Positions 55,101 to 62,211 of a stretch of 64,000 nt of DNA are shown piece after piece. Both the position numbers and the translations under genes were made by a program. How positions within the stretch are numbered: position 1 is the stretch's first letter; each line of letters starts with the position of its first letter. This DNA is from an uncultured virus (IMG/VR IMGVR_UViG_3300044996_000613). Taxonomy: Duplodnaviria; Heunggongvirae; Uroviricota; Caudoviricetes. The stretch is taken from the IMG/VR virus record IMGVR_UViG_3300044996_000613; one strand, given 5' to 3'. The notes beneath the pieces were generated by a model. That model was not told the DNA's origin. It was given only the letters and a program-made list of their open reading frames with translations, and searched no databases.

Positions 55101-56683
55101 ATGAACAACTCGGCCCCGCCGTCGCCGGTGCCATCCCAGCGGTAGTTGATCTTATTGATGTTGCTGCGCGTGTAGCCGTGCTCTGCCTTGAACACATGCA
55201 GCGAATGCTCTCCATCTTCTGCCGAACTGCTGTTGATAACAGTTACGGCATCTGCTGAGCCCAGCTTGGCCCGCTCGGTCACCGTCAACGCTGTGCAGTT
55301 GGCGTCGTAGTTGGCCTCGGAGGGCTTGCTGGTCGGCTTGCTGGTTGTAAACGTGTCGCTGAGACGCTTCGTCAACAGGTCGGGGTTGGCCTCGATGTAC
55401 TTGTACAGCACCTCGCCCCCGACCAGCAGCAGCTTCATGACTGGCAGGTAGGTCATCGTATAGTCGGATGTGCTAGACGAGTAGATCATGTACTCCTGGA
55501 GGGTCTGGTTCTCGTCCGGGTCGTCTGTGGGCGCCACGAAAGCGCACGCCTGTGCCTGCGCTGCCGCTACGCGCATGAGCCAGTCCACACCACCGGAGAG
55601 GTGCTTCTCGATGTAGGCTGTTCCCGCTGACACCGTGAGGCCCATGGACACCCCAGGTGTGGGCTCGAAGCCGGTGACGATGCCTTCGCCGTCAAGGTCG
55701 GCCCCCCGGAGGTAGATTTCCTCCATGGCTGCATCGGCTTTGGCAACCGCGTTGTTCATGTCCTCCAGCATCTGGTAGAATGCCTGCTGGAAGTCCAGGA
55801 GGTCTTCGGCCGGCGTAAGGATGCGGCGCTCGTCGTCGATGAGGGCGTAGTTCCCAGTGGCTATCTCCTCGTCCGTGAGACCAGATAACCCTCGGTCTTC
55901 GTCCTCCTCCATATTGCGGTATGGCTTGGCCTTGGGGCCTGGGTAGTACAACTTGGCCAGCAGGATGCGTCCCGTGGCCGTATCGGACGGGGGTAGCGCC
56001 AGGTAGCCTTGGTAGGCTACCTGCATGTAGGGGTCGTCGTCACCGCCAGGAACGTAGTCACCATTGGGGTCCACATCGTCTTCGGAAACTGACGTGCCAG
56101 CAGCGATAAACAACTCGCCGTAGATGTCCAACTCTACGAAGAACAGTCCTGGAACCCTGAAGCGGTACTTGCAGCGAAGCTCTTCCTCGGCCCCAAAGTC
56201 GTCGAAGAGGGTGACCTTGCCGTTGGGGGCGTCGAGGGTATACTCGGAGTAGCGCGAGAGGGCGACACGAGCGCCAGTGCTCGCATTGTACTTGTAGGCG
56301 ATGAACGAGCCGTCATCAACCACATCTTCGTACTGAAGTTCATACTGCCCAGCAGAGGGAGCCGACGACACGATCTCGTCTTCCACCTGAACGTATGGGG
56401 TGGGGACGTTCTTGAATGCCCCGTCGTAGGAGACGCGGTAGCCGGAGATGTAGGCGGTGCCTTCCTCTACCTGAACAACACCACTGGTGCCCTCCCCGAA
56501 ACCGGAGGCGCCCTGGGCTTCGAGGACCTTGATGGACGAACCTGCGTCGTTGCCCAGCACCCCGTCCCCATGCAGTTCGTTGACTGCGAGACGGAGGCTA
56601 GCGGCAGTCGTCATCAGTCTGTTCTCGACATCCCCTTCCCCTACCGTCTTCTCCCAAACCGACCCTACGTGCTCGAAACGCAT
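46157..56683 (-). CDS. giant (3508 aa) modular virion structural protein, probably tail/baseplate/adhesin, with FN3 and putative carbohydrate-binding domains
   Basis: FN3 repeats ('PTGLTATPGNQQVVLNW...YTDTGLTNGYTYWYCVSAV'), repeated 'V.V..G.AYI.G' structural modules, two DNRLRE-like segments, acidic composition. Confidence 0.8.
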   Translation of the reverse strand: MRFEHVGSVWEKTVGEGDVENRLMTTAASLRLAVNELHGDGVLGNDAGSSIKVLEAQGASGFGEGTSGVVQVEEGTAYISGYRVSYDGAFKNVPTPYVQVEDEIVSSAPSAGQYELQYEDVVDDGSFIAYKYNASTGARVALSRYSEYTLDAPNGKVTLFDDFGAEEELRCKYRFRVPGLFFVELDIYGELFIAAGTSVSEDDVDPNGDYVPGGDDDPYMQVAYQGYLALPPSDTATGRILLAKLYYPGPKAKPYRNMEEDEDRGLSGLTDEEIATGNYALIDDERRILTPAEDLLDFQQAFYQMLEDMNNAVAKADAAMEEIYLRGADLDGEGIVTGFEPTPGVSMGLTVSAGTAYIEKHLSGGVDWLMRVAAAQAQACAFVAPTDDPDENQTLQEYMIYSSSTSDYTMTYLPVMKLLLVGGEVLYKYIEANPDLLTKRLSDTFTTSKPTSKPSEANYDANCTALTVTERAKLGSADAVTVINSSSAEDGEHSLHVFKAEHGYTRSNINKINYRWDGTGDGGAELFIFNWDTDEWESLGTATTSITQISGQISSNVLDYVGAGGDIYLAAASANVASGGASVDVESDYAYIWVTSGVFNAGDIDQAEPVPTDNYELTDDSKVHFKADKFAYPTPGTNFWAQYYQALPRYALMQLGLDGVVDVKTGTPSASPQVPAMDEEHVRVGWVLIRRDGAIVDEESATLSDNVLYVRRQVIWTGDEGIDAREDADSLVENIRMRTYELHGNVVASGCQVQAYPTDAGSSQVYITSGVYYAQGRRREYAGGFHAYSFGSCAEGFHRLDIFYMDEDGVTYALQGTTVEITEVAEAPSLPSDMILLAYIYMTNELVGEERVPASSITDARSWQGTGNDDAPGLIPQILLTYFNELGGDGLIVDDTIIDADDDTTPSRSVYLDVGSTGIAYIDGQRVVLDNIGEPSRHKAVLKPVAIRQHPADGDTYHPFVALDLVADEPNSFNVWSHYSPIEGLQFPLQSIRRIEADAWCDHTLRRPRSDAHTNIGWHLSYSTLAVDPESLPGAAQEFTDAGFESNGEPVLNDEDETYQNMFFSDGVTSESESAVTSGEYIMHIFGFRHIENNGTISKIKVRWEGCGERPVGATTEYGAALSIWNGSSWEELANYDDDNLGTDVEMALEGELTSDLNDYVQADGYIYVRAHCTYTANGINGALMRTDFVTVWVQEDGRWMVPNHIFNGHFEYGTGAPYGWEVVLGAITWDASEGDTTANANRWWKDWDWLYEIDTAERTLMDAGFANDPRSKCLAISNSGSQLHHVRQRFSIDQDSGEAFSKRPLRLSFDYWRNITVGGEDAELSVRLRLWTDDNVLELDHTITLPVGSGTWQEVTYDYMPTDYISHGEVLIVFDNKTGTVKFDNFALIGVPEAAHSGGAAYDIDIEHDYEVGLDRVDWTPSGFDPVDGVEYDVTYRHWGKRTDSCQISAGTSFAVYEGVEGADGYPPALQTRSLEMARIVLRGDRPIKDADDGWCSYLVNLHPLIFTGTEGALHREQITEAERGLGQQHREAIYFGLAINKKSATEIEVGPGMYRTERTDMAVREWVDVGSPAGEGDGYYYCCAEKNQYNEVDFGWYNRTAGWPDKPVIFVVEFDDDGDTFGAPIDLRHLSQAPPAAQGLDALAGHVYGSNVAVHSFNLADVYPPAPPYMYPITIGNQRLTISWAASGDTSVVGYRLYRSLDNSAYSLIATISGTSYNDTGLTNGTTYWYKVACYTADGRESDVSSLTDPATNSYNQPQNAAPSASPAPSAPTGLTATPGNQQVVLNWVAVTRDVAGGLISGCQYIVYRSCVQSGGGSAGPWTRVNASLISGTTYTDTGLTNGYTYWYCVSAVRLSVEGDKSSAVSAIPSGIALEDRPLAPSFTVKGGEVIGTADEWSNNESISNLQVKTDSADGVISIVRPDMVPLAFDWDTYNLPLGFFPDVASLDLLKVWMADWDLREATPYDYYGYYYADYFAGGSYPNYYTYKPYEEMSFGTDGNVFADDIYFDSDNGQWWGEYIGTGDDTGAGTGTQDFYVLHPPMGIGSARVWLVPDGAGDVYRCVKELSYWVPSNEDSYSYIRFGSRQRPLAAEGAATGLTKTYTNDGGKTGSIGFHNNELGIPKGTEIEKLDSQFKDGWGSPLFFRLGWAFYMWARQRTITSATLRLRLTMPAGISPNPVDLTLYEVIKEVGDQATLTTSYVDPTPICTMTRSLVSGSTYEYSANIATYLEAWKTGAKRNMGFIVTQNGNVSISFTITSNSFPKVDYVYDVSAHDAEKIYVEYQTPATKEGQLTYTPTTVHHVRNLQTGLVVPSSEYEITGKKITFIDSQPGAVRVVYAPNMSEVSNMVRQGVQTWGSLPIKVYSDEEWQLDIGWSANDDGYLTLDTGQTAGTANYVLDAGFSGATWDKARFIYKLGSGGGTIQFRYRAAETEGGLTGEPWSPLADLASEVSISDTGRYLEVEFQFANCEEDTDQVNRAHFRTQQVYVSWTPVTLNELGATITCDAYHVRYLYSDLSAAGISEDIVDTSFTYNPRDHDNMWFSVQAQSPTTSHPCSRPNTWKTGTPAFATPGRPSLAATLKATGQRISWSAPTKRADDSIGFEPISYHVWRRYEVGKGITGHEWTRLTGTPITETYYDDNEFDGISTRNAYYAVVALDSDGRMSEIAPLSVSLPSTYICSIPEYSYVMDDIDGAPESDLWRTLSYFFCGFYEDSYYNPISSAYVEVSNSTQDRWGFFFFNYYIYSYWNTDTGALVTRDRPGNQVPPIMRSEVALGVQYCSGSSVTLELYAVLDDEFDPRSGGGYYIYWDDRPTNLELVDTQVISSSSDYVAFDVSDYVREAVLLRRPNFGFVVKVADTSYGHSVQLAVGYTEAWNSGYRQPYNSSTKMTVFDGLGAPAAPSGFVTEVAHRDDDDIDSSNQGLWIKSRWDDYDPADWVRGVKLYASNTPTSGFASAGVALLGTTVLTKKIDSPLIWYVYAVALGMDGSEGAGSTKKRCYFGTASATLSPIRAVNTALPGGYIGSDTPVLSRNADGDGEYTIFKVNMPSLPSGSEYTQLNSNEPFGLVTVPSPNLHPVTRVYVRKLNMEIDETDNWEDVEDYVDRKYESYFAVSAGYTLYFSIEPFLVDRSQGRTLYDSIIIQPEPGQFEFGCAGDSFPSSIQLLYGYVDTGFAGSGFGALRADQEAQSGGGFTASAVIDHDAYVVEVETYNVVPDGDELPAPPPGGAEGHAPTPRGLTGEESEAIIALDNVKAEITPRGTGYVPVLMVGFDVSSVFPTGLLDETEYVGRQFGAFQALRTNPWQETPTGGVLPTYGLRRLWLEFQGYAIDTAGEIVCAIMFAWDHVENRWRFINRGRPFIYDDEVAEGWIDLRSVDYELSRFVGSDSGVSKVWLAVVPMRRLPLDSFKLVTDYVGLRVEFDLRVYAGSAYISEESDDEWYILFANNRVVPAADTGSINAAQVVYREIPGVFAYLSGEESGSAHVMDVTTKWAKVKVAEGGTLHWAAFGH

Positions 56684-57408
56684 TAGCTATCCCCTCGCGG
56701 ACCCATCATGGCTGTGATGTAGTGCTGTTGCGCATACTTGTCCGCCAGCCTAAGCGATGCAAAGGTCCCGATGTCGAGTTCTGGCTCTTCGCTCTCAATG
56801 ATTGCGAACTTGCAGTCTGGTCGTATGGCGTTGAAGATCGCCTCGCCCCGAGGTTCATCCAAAGCAGACAGTCGGAAGGCTCCTGCTCCCATCCATACCC
56901 GAGCCTCGTGGTACCTCTTCTTTGGCTTCTCTATGGCGCGCCAGTTGCCGGCAGATGGGACAAGCACACCTTTATCGGTGTCGTGTTCGGTCCAGCGGCG
57001 AACCAGCAGGCACGCATGGAAGCTGTCGGGCAGGCGTCGCAGCCGTTCTACGAGCCTCCGAGGATGGGTGGGGACCATGGTATCTCCCATAAGCACGACG
57101 AACACATCCTGGAGGTCGCCAACTTCGGCCAGCGCGTTCAGCGTACAACCACCCGGTGCGTAGTCTGCCGAGTCCGCCACAGCCACATCGAAGTCCATGG
57201 CCGCCCCCAACGCCACTATCTGAGGGGCTAGCCACCAGGCAGTCACAACAGGCTCCAGTCCTCCATGCCGTAGGTACTCAACTTGCCACTGTAGCAGCGG
57301 CTTGCCGAGCACATGCAGCATCGGCTTGGGCCTGTGTTCAGTCAGCTTGCCTAGCCTTCTCCCCCGTCCTGCTGCTAGGATCACGGAGTCGTAAGGAGCC
57401 TTGAACAT
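56683..57408 (-). CDS. sugar-1-phosphate nucleotidyltransferase (HddC-like; start reassigned to ATG 57408)
   Basis: ILAAGRGRRL, PKPML, VLMGD, IEKP, LDIGT. Confidence 0.88.
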   Translation of the reverse strand: MFKAPYDSVILAAGRGRRLGKLTEHRPKPMLHVLGKPLLQWQVEYLRHGGLEPVVTAWWLAPQIVALGAAMDFDVAVADSADYAPGGCTLNALAEVGDLQDVFVVLMGDTMVPTHPRRLVERLRRLPDSFHACLLVRRWTEHDTDKGVLVPSAGNWRAIEKPKKRYHEARVWMGAGAFRLSALDEPRGEAIFNAIRPDCKFAIIESEEPELDIGTFASLRLADKYAQQHYITAMMGPRGDS

Positions 57409-57477
57409 TGCCTTATCCTTCCCTGTCCCACGAGGCAGAGCCCGCACTTGAAGTATTCCTCAGCTACCTACCCACCT

Positions 57478-58020
57478 TCAACTGCCCTGGCTAGCCGATA
57501 CCATGAACGGGCGAAGCACGTCGAACAGGGCCCTAGCAGGATCGGTTTCGGCATGGACCCAGGCGAAGTGGGCCCCGATGGCAGCCGCAAACGCGCTATC
57601 GCTGCCTTCCCGCCTGCCGAGGTTGTCGCCCACCACGAACTCGACCGTTGGCTTACGCCAGACAATCTCAGTGATGTCGCGGCACACCTCTGCCATTCTG
57701 GTGCCAGGCTTCCTGCAGACGCAACCGGAATCCTTGGCATGGGGGCAGTACACGCTGGCTAGGGGCTGTAGGCCGATCTGGCGCCACAATTCGTCGTCGA
57801 TCTGTTCCAGCGTTTGAGCAGAGAAGTGAGTGTGGGCTCCCGCCTGGTTGGATACCACGAACACAAATGGAGTGATCCCCATGGCCAACCGGAGGGCTTC
57901 TCCGGCCTTTGGGGTAGCCTTTACGTCTTCTGGGCTGTTGACGTAGGTCCCTAGCTCCATCTCGTTCAGGACGCCGTCCCGGTCGAAGTAGATAATAGCT
58001 GGGTCATGGTCCCATCCCAC
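57478..58020 (-). CDS. gmhB: D-glycero-D-manno-heptose 1,7-bisphosphate phosphatase (HAD IIIA; start uncertain)
   Basis: FDRDGVLN, VSNQAG, Zn motif CPH....CVCRKP, VGD...SD. Confidence 0.88.
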   Translation of the reverse strand: MGWDHDPAIIYFDRDGVLNEMELGTYVNSPEDVKATPKAGEALRLAMGITPFVFVVSNQAGAHTHFSAQTLEQIDDELWRQIGLQPLASVYCPHAKDSGCVCRKPGTRMAEVCRDITEIVWRKPTVEFVVGDNLGRREGSDSAFAAAIGAHFAWVHAETDPARALFDVLRPFMVSASQGS

Positions 58021-58985
58021 CTTGGTGATGTATTCACGCACACCAACGAGTGGGCGGTGCAGAAAGACGATAGGCGAGTGTAGTCTTCCTTGTTGCGTAG
58101 ACATACGAAGATGAACCCCTTTCCCCCGCCGCCGCAGAGCTTGGCGGGCATACCTTCAGCATTGAGATGGTCCACCATCTGTACGGTCGGCGATGGCGAC
58201 GAACATGTGTCATGGTTGGCCTTCTTGATGCCCCAGGCTTCCTGCAACGCCTCTGCCATGAAGTCGAACTCCCCCTGGCTCACCTTCTGGAATGTCTCGA
58301 TGGCCAAGGCGACCCCCCGCCTAGTGGCGTCAGCGCGGTCCTCGATCTGCCTTAGATTGGATTTGTAGCACTTGAACTCTCCGTCACCCGAGGTGGTTTC
58401 CGGCACATAGACCAGAAAGCAGTGCTTATTCATGTAGCCCGTGAGGCCGCGCCTTAGACGCACGGGGATGGGGTAGACATCAACATCTTCTCCTTCGAAC
58501 ATCAAGAGGTTGACGCCGCCGTAGGCCGAGGCGTAGATTTCCTGAAGCCCCATACAGCGCCCGAGGCCTTCGATCTCGATACGCTCCCCCCAGTGTGCGA
58601 CAAGCTCAGGGTGGGGATCGGTGTGCCCCGACAGATGCAACAACAAGCTCACCATGCCGGTTGTGAACGCACTGCTGGCCCCCATTCCGGTTTGATGCCC
58701 TGGCAACTCGCCATGAGAACTGATCTCCAGCGGCGGGCAGTCGGGGTATAGTAGTTCCACCGACTTCTTCACTATCTCGTGCTGGATGCCACCAATGGTA
58801 GGGGACACATCGACTTGGCGGTACCGCACGTGCCAGTTATTGGTTAGCGACACGTGTGCTAGGGCGCGGATGCACTGTTGGGTTGAGAACGAGAACACCG
58901 CTCCCTGCTCGTGTTGGAACCACTCGCGGAAGTCACTTCCTCCGCCGGAAATCGAGACCCTGTATGGGGCAGACAGCAGACGCAT
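57966..58985 (-). CDS. hddA: GHMP sugar kinase, HddA-like (heptose-7-phosphate kinase)
   Basis: APYRVSISGGGSD, HEIVK, TGMGASSA, YASAYGG, AWGIKK, KLCGGGGKGF. Adjacent to gmhB. Confidence 0.8.
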   Translation of the reverse strand: MRLLSAPYRVSISGGGSDFREWFQHEQGAVFSFSTQQCIRALAHVSLTNNWHVRYRQVDVSPTIGGIQHEIVKKSVELLYPDCPPLEISSHGELPGHQTGMGASSAFTTGMVSLLLHLSGHTDPHPELVAHWGERIEIEGLGRCMGLQEIYASAYGGVNLLMFEGEDVDVYPIPVRLRRGLTGYMNKHCFLVYVPETTSGDGEFKCYKSNLRQIEDRADATRRGVALAIETFQKVSQGEFDFMAEALQEAWGIKKANHDTCSSPSPTVQMVDHLNAEGMPAKLCGGGGKGFIFVCLRNKEDYTRLSSFCTAHSLVCVNTSPRWDGTMTQLLSTSTGTAS

Positions 58986-59962
58986 TAGCCGGTCTCCAGA
59001 TAGGACTCGACGGCTGCTTCCACAGCATCGAGGATGTCGCGGCTCTCCAGTGGTTTGACACTGAAGAAGCCTGAAGTCCCCTTAGTATCCAGGAGCGTGT
59101 GCATTACCTCACCCAAGACCAAGTTCGGGGTAGTGCGGACTTGGGGGGCTCCACGGCCGCGCTTGTGGAGGCTGTCGGCGACGAACAGAGCGATCTGTCG
59201 ATTTGAGAAGTAGCCTCTCCCATCGCTACCGATGTTGAAGATCAGGTGCCCTCCTCCGTCCCTTCTCGACTTCGACAACTTGGTGGCGGCCTCCAAGATG
59301 TGGTCTACCACATAGTCCACTGGGACATAATCGCGATACACCTCCCCGCCGCCTCTGAGGGCAATCTCCCCTGCACGGCGCCCCGTGGCCTGATTGACCA
59401 GCAACGGGATCAGCCCCCTGCATCCGGCACCAACCACGTTCCCGAAGCGGAGCGAAATGGCGTGGGCGCCCGTGTCGTCGGCCCACAGGTCCAGCACCTT
59501 CTCGCACATGTCCTTGGTGCAGCCGTATAGCCCACGAGGGGCGTTGTTTGGCGGGATACAGCAATTCTGGCAGTCACCATATACAGCCCCGCTCGAAGCA
59601 AAAACCACGAATCGAGGCTGGATGTGCGTCAGGATGTTGATGGTGGCCTGGACATTTGATGCCACCATCTCAGTGGCCTGAGAGGTGTGGACTTCCACAA
59701 CGGCTGATGCTGCCAGATGGATGACCGGGAGCCCGCGATAGCGCTCGGCGAGGTGGGCTACTTCCCCTTCATCCCGGAGATCAATCTGGAGAGGGGTATA
59801 CGGAACCCCTGGCGTGGTGGGTTCCACCCTATCGAGACCGATCACCTGGTGTCTGCCCCAACCAGCTTCCTGCAGGCGCCTCGCTGTGTGCCTGCCAATG
59901 AAGCCACTAGTTCCTGTCACGATCATACTTGAACCAGACTCCGACTGATCCGTCAGGGCCAT
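58985..59962 (-). CDS. NAD-dependent nucleotide-sugar epimerase/dehydratase (extended SDR)
   Basis: IVTGTSGFIG, HLAA, ASSGAVYG, YGCTK, LRFGNVVG, RDYVPV, FNIGS. Confidence 0.9.
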   Translation of the reverse strand: MALTDQSESGSSMIVTGTSGFIGRHTARRLQEAGWGRHQVIGLDRVEPTTPGVPYTPLQIDLRDEGEVAHLAERYRGLPVIHLAASAVVEVHTSQATEMVASNVQATINILTHIQPRFVVFASSGAVYGDCQNCCIPPNNAPRGLYGCTKDMCEKVLDLWADDTGAHAISLRFGNVVGAGCRGLIPLLVNQATGRRAGEIALRGGGEVYRDYVPVDYVVDHILEAATKLSKSRRDGGGHLIFNIGSDGRGYFSNRQIALFVADSLHKRGRGAPQVRTTPNLVLGEVMHTLLDTKGTSGFFSVKPLESRDILDAVEAAVESYLETG

Positions 59963-60983
59963 CGAAGCTGACCCCCTTCTGTGTGGTCGGGGCCCCACGG
60001 AGGAGCCTCCAGGCCGTCATGATGTCGCGCGGGATGGAGAGCGTGTAGTGCTGCGGCAACGGGTTCTCATACTGGATCACGACGGGCGCCGGCTCTCCGA
60101 AGAAGCTCACTCGCCCTGCGGGGATGTTCCTGGGGATGGAAACAGCGGCCCCACGAACGTCAATGAGAGCCTGGCGCCCTTCCCAGATGTTGGCCGCCCT
60201 AGCCTTTGCGGCCTTGTGGTTCCTTGCCCACTCCTCAGCCTTGTGCATATCCGCTTTGGTCTTCTGCAGATCGTGCTGCCTAGCGATGTATGAGAAGAAA
60301 GGGATGTGGATGAAGCGGATGTCGTAGGCCGCCGCCAAGAGCCAGAAGTCGTAGTCTTCGGCTGATGACAAATCGCGCTGCCCGCCAAGCGCGTGGTACA
60401 TCCACGTGGGCATCATAGTGCTCTGGCAGAGCACACAACAGCCTGGCTGTAGCCTCTCATATGTTGCGGGGCCCTGGCTATCGAATGGGTGCATGCGGCC
60501 CAGTGGGTCCTGGACCCAACCGTTAGCGTGGACGATGGCGGATGCTGCCCCCCACGAGAGCGCACTGGCCGTTATCCCGATGCGACCGGGGAGCACCTTG
60601 TCGTCTGGGTCTAGCCAGCACACGTAGTCGCCATCGACCTTGGAGACGCCAAAGTTGCGCGCTAGCCCCAGAGGGAGGCCGGCATCCAGTCTGTAGATGG
60701 AGACCGCCCTAAATGACGACCTCGATTCGAACTCGTCCACCATGCGGCATAGTGACTCGTACTCCTCTGGGGATGATCCATTATCAATGAAGACAATCTC
60801 CGTTGCTGTCTTCTCTTCGTCATAAAGTGACGACAGGCTACTGAGAGCATCACCTAGATATGAAGAGTAGTTGTAGTAAGGCATGATGAGGCTGACCGTG
60901 GGGGAGTCCGGGGCCCACCGCAACAGAGAAGGGGCTCCAGCAGTAGCAGATGCACCACCGAAGAACATTACCTCAGTTCTCAC
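59907..60983 (-). CDS. GT2 glycosyltransferase
   Basis: VSLIMPYYN, FIDNGS, ARNFG, WLDPDD, AEDYDFW. Confidence 0.9.
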   Translation of the reverse strand: MRTEVMFFGGASATAGAPSLLRWAPDSPTVSLIMPYYNYSSYLGDALSSLSSLYDEEKTATEIVFIDNGSSPEEYESLCRMVDEFESRSSFRAVSIYRLDAGLPLGLARNFGVSKVDGDYVCWLDPDDKVLPGRIGITASALSWGAASAIVHANGWVQDPLGRMHPFDSQGPATYERLQPGCCVLCQSTMMPTWMYHALGGQRDLSSAEDYDFWLLAAAYDIRFIHIPFFSYIARQHDLQKTKADMHKAEEWARNHKAAKARAANIWEGRQALIDVRGAAVSIPRNIPAGRVSFFGEPAPVVIQYENPLPQHYTLSIPRDIMTAWRLLRGAPTTQKGVSFDGPDGSVGVWFKYDRDRN

Positions 60984-60984
60984 C

Positions 60985-62187
60985 CTACCTGCTCCTGACT
61001 CCGAAGATGCGGCCCCACACCTCGGTTCCCCGTAGATGCCACGGCTGTAACGTGCGTGGCTGCGCCCCGCACAACCCTACAGCGATCTCTGCCATTTCAT
61101 CTGTGTCCCCTTCCACAGCGCTCTTGCAGGTTGTGGAGGGGATCGCCCACAATGCGCTGTGGGCAGATGGCGGGATGACGGGAATGATGCCAGCCATGAG
61201 CGCCCCGAGCGCCAGGTCAGCTACCTCTTGGCTTGTGTCGGTCCCCACAAATACCCTGGCAGCCGGCAGGCTGATCGTCCCCACCTCGACCCTCCGAGCC
61301 TCAAGCCCTGCAGCCTGGATGCGGTTCGCCACACCACCGGACCCGGCGCCGCACACCACCACATCGCACGAGGAGCGGTCTCTGATGGAAGGCGTCGGGA
61401 CGGCGAACGCCGCCTCGGTCGTACTTGTGGTCAGCGCCATGGCGGCTGCTTCGATGCTACCGGATGTACATAGGCACAGAGGAGGCACAGACTGGATATG
61501 GCCCACGTCGTCTGCTAGCCATCGCCAGTGTGCTGCGTCCCCAGCGTCTGATTGGACGGGCATGGACAGGCGGTCGGCGACCCCCTGGGAAGCTCGGACG
61601 GCAAACCCCTGCGCCGACAGCCGCCTCATGTACAGGATGTTGCGCTCGGGGACACCGGCGATGGCGCTCATCTTGGATACGCGGATGGGGGGCAGCCCAG
61701 ATAGCTCAATGCTCCTACGCAACATGCTGCCTAGCTCTTCCCCAACAACAGCCCTGATGATGTTGGCTATTCTGTCGGCCAGTACCAGGCTACTGTCCAT
61801 GTTGCCATCTCGCCACCTGCTGTTGGGTCGCGGGTCGTCATCGAAGCTCTTGAGTTCGTCGGCCCACGGGCGACGCATAGGCTGGGCAACGAACATCTGG
61901 CGGCTCTTCCCAACCTGGATGATGCCTTCATCGTTGGTGATTGCGATGTGCGGGATACCGGCAACCTGAGCGTCTACTACCTTCAGGTCAAACCAACTCA
62001 ACATCTTCTCAATACAGGCACGCCGCGCCGGGTCAGTGTCGTAGAAGGACAGAGGGGCAATTGCCCGCGCCGGGAGGCTAGCAGACAGGGCAGCAGCCCG
62101 TTTCGCTAGAGTGCGATATGGGTCGTTGCCGAAGTCTGATTCGATGTGAAGAACGATGTCGCCTGTGATTTCCCTGGTATCTCCCAA
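60985..62187 (-). CDS. hypothetical protein in the sugar-modification cluster (possibly degenerate GT-B)
   Basis: AGGAGG RBS. C-terminal 'LALGALMAGIIPV' resembles the GT4 'EAMAAG.PV' tail. Confidence 0.55.
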   Translation of the reverse strand: MGDTREITGDIVLHIESDFGNDPYRTLAKRAAALSASLPARAIAPLSFYDTDPARRACIEKMLSWFDLKVVDAQVAGIPHIAITNDEGIIQVGKSRQMFVAQPMRRPWADELKSFDDDPRPNSRWRDGNMDSSLVLADRIANIIRAVVGEELGSMLRRSIELSGLPPIRVSKMSAIAGVPERNILYMRRLSAQGFAVRASQGVADRLSMPVQSDAGDAAHWRWLADDVGHIQSVPPLCLCTSGSIEAAAMALTTSTTEAAFAVPTPSIRDRSSCDVVVCGAGSGGVANRIQAAGLEARRVEVGTISLPAARVFVGTDTSQEVADLALGALMAGIIPVIPPSAHSALWAIPSTTCKSAVEGDTDEMAEIAVGLCGAQPRTLQPWHLRGTEVWGRIFGVRSR

Positions 62188-62211
62188 AATGCCCCTCCTA
62201 GCCGTAGAACG

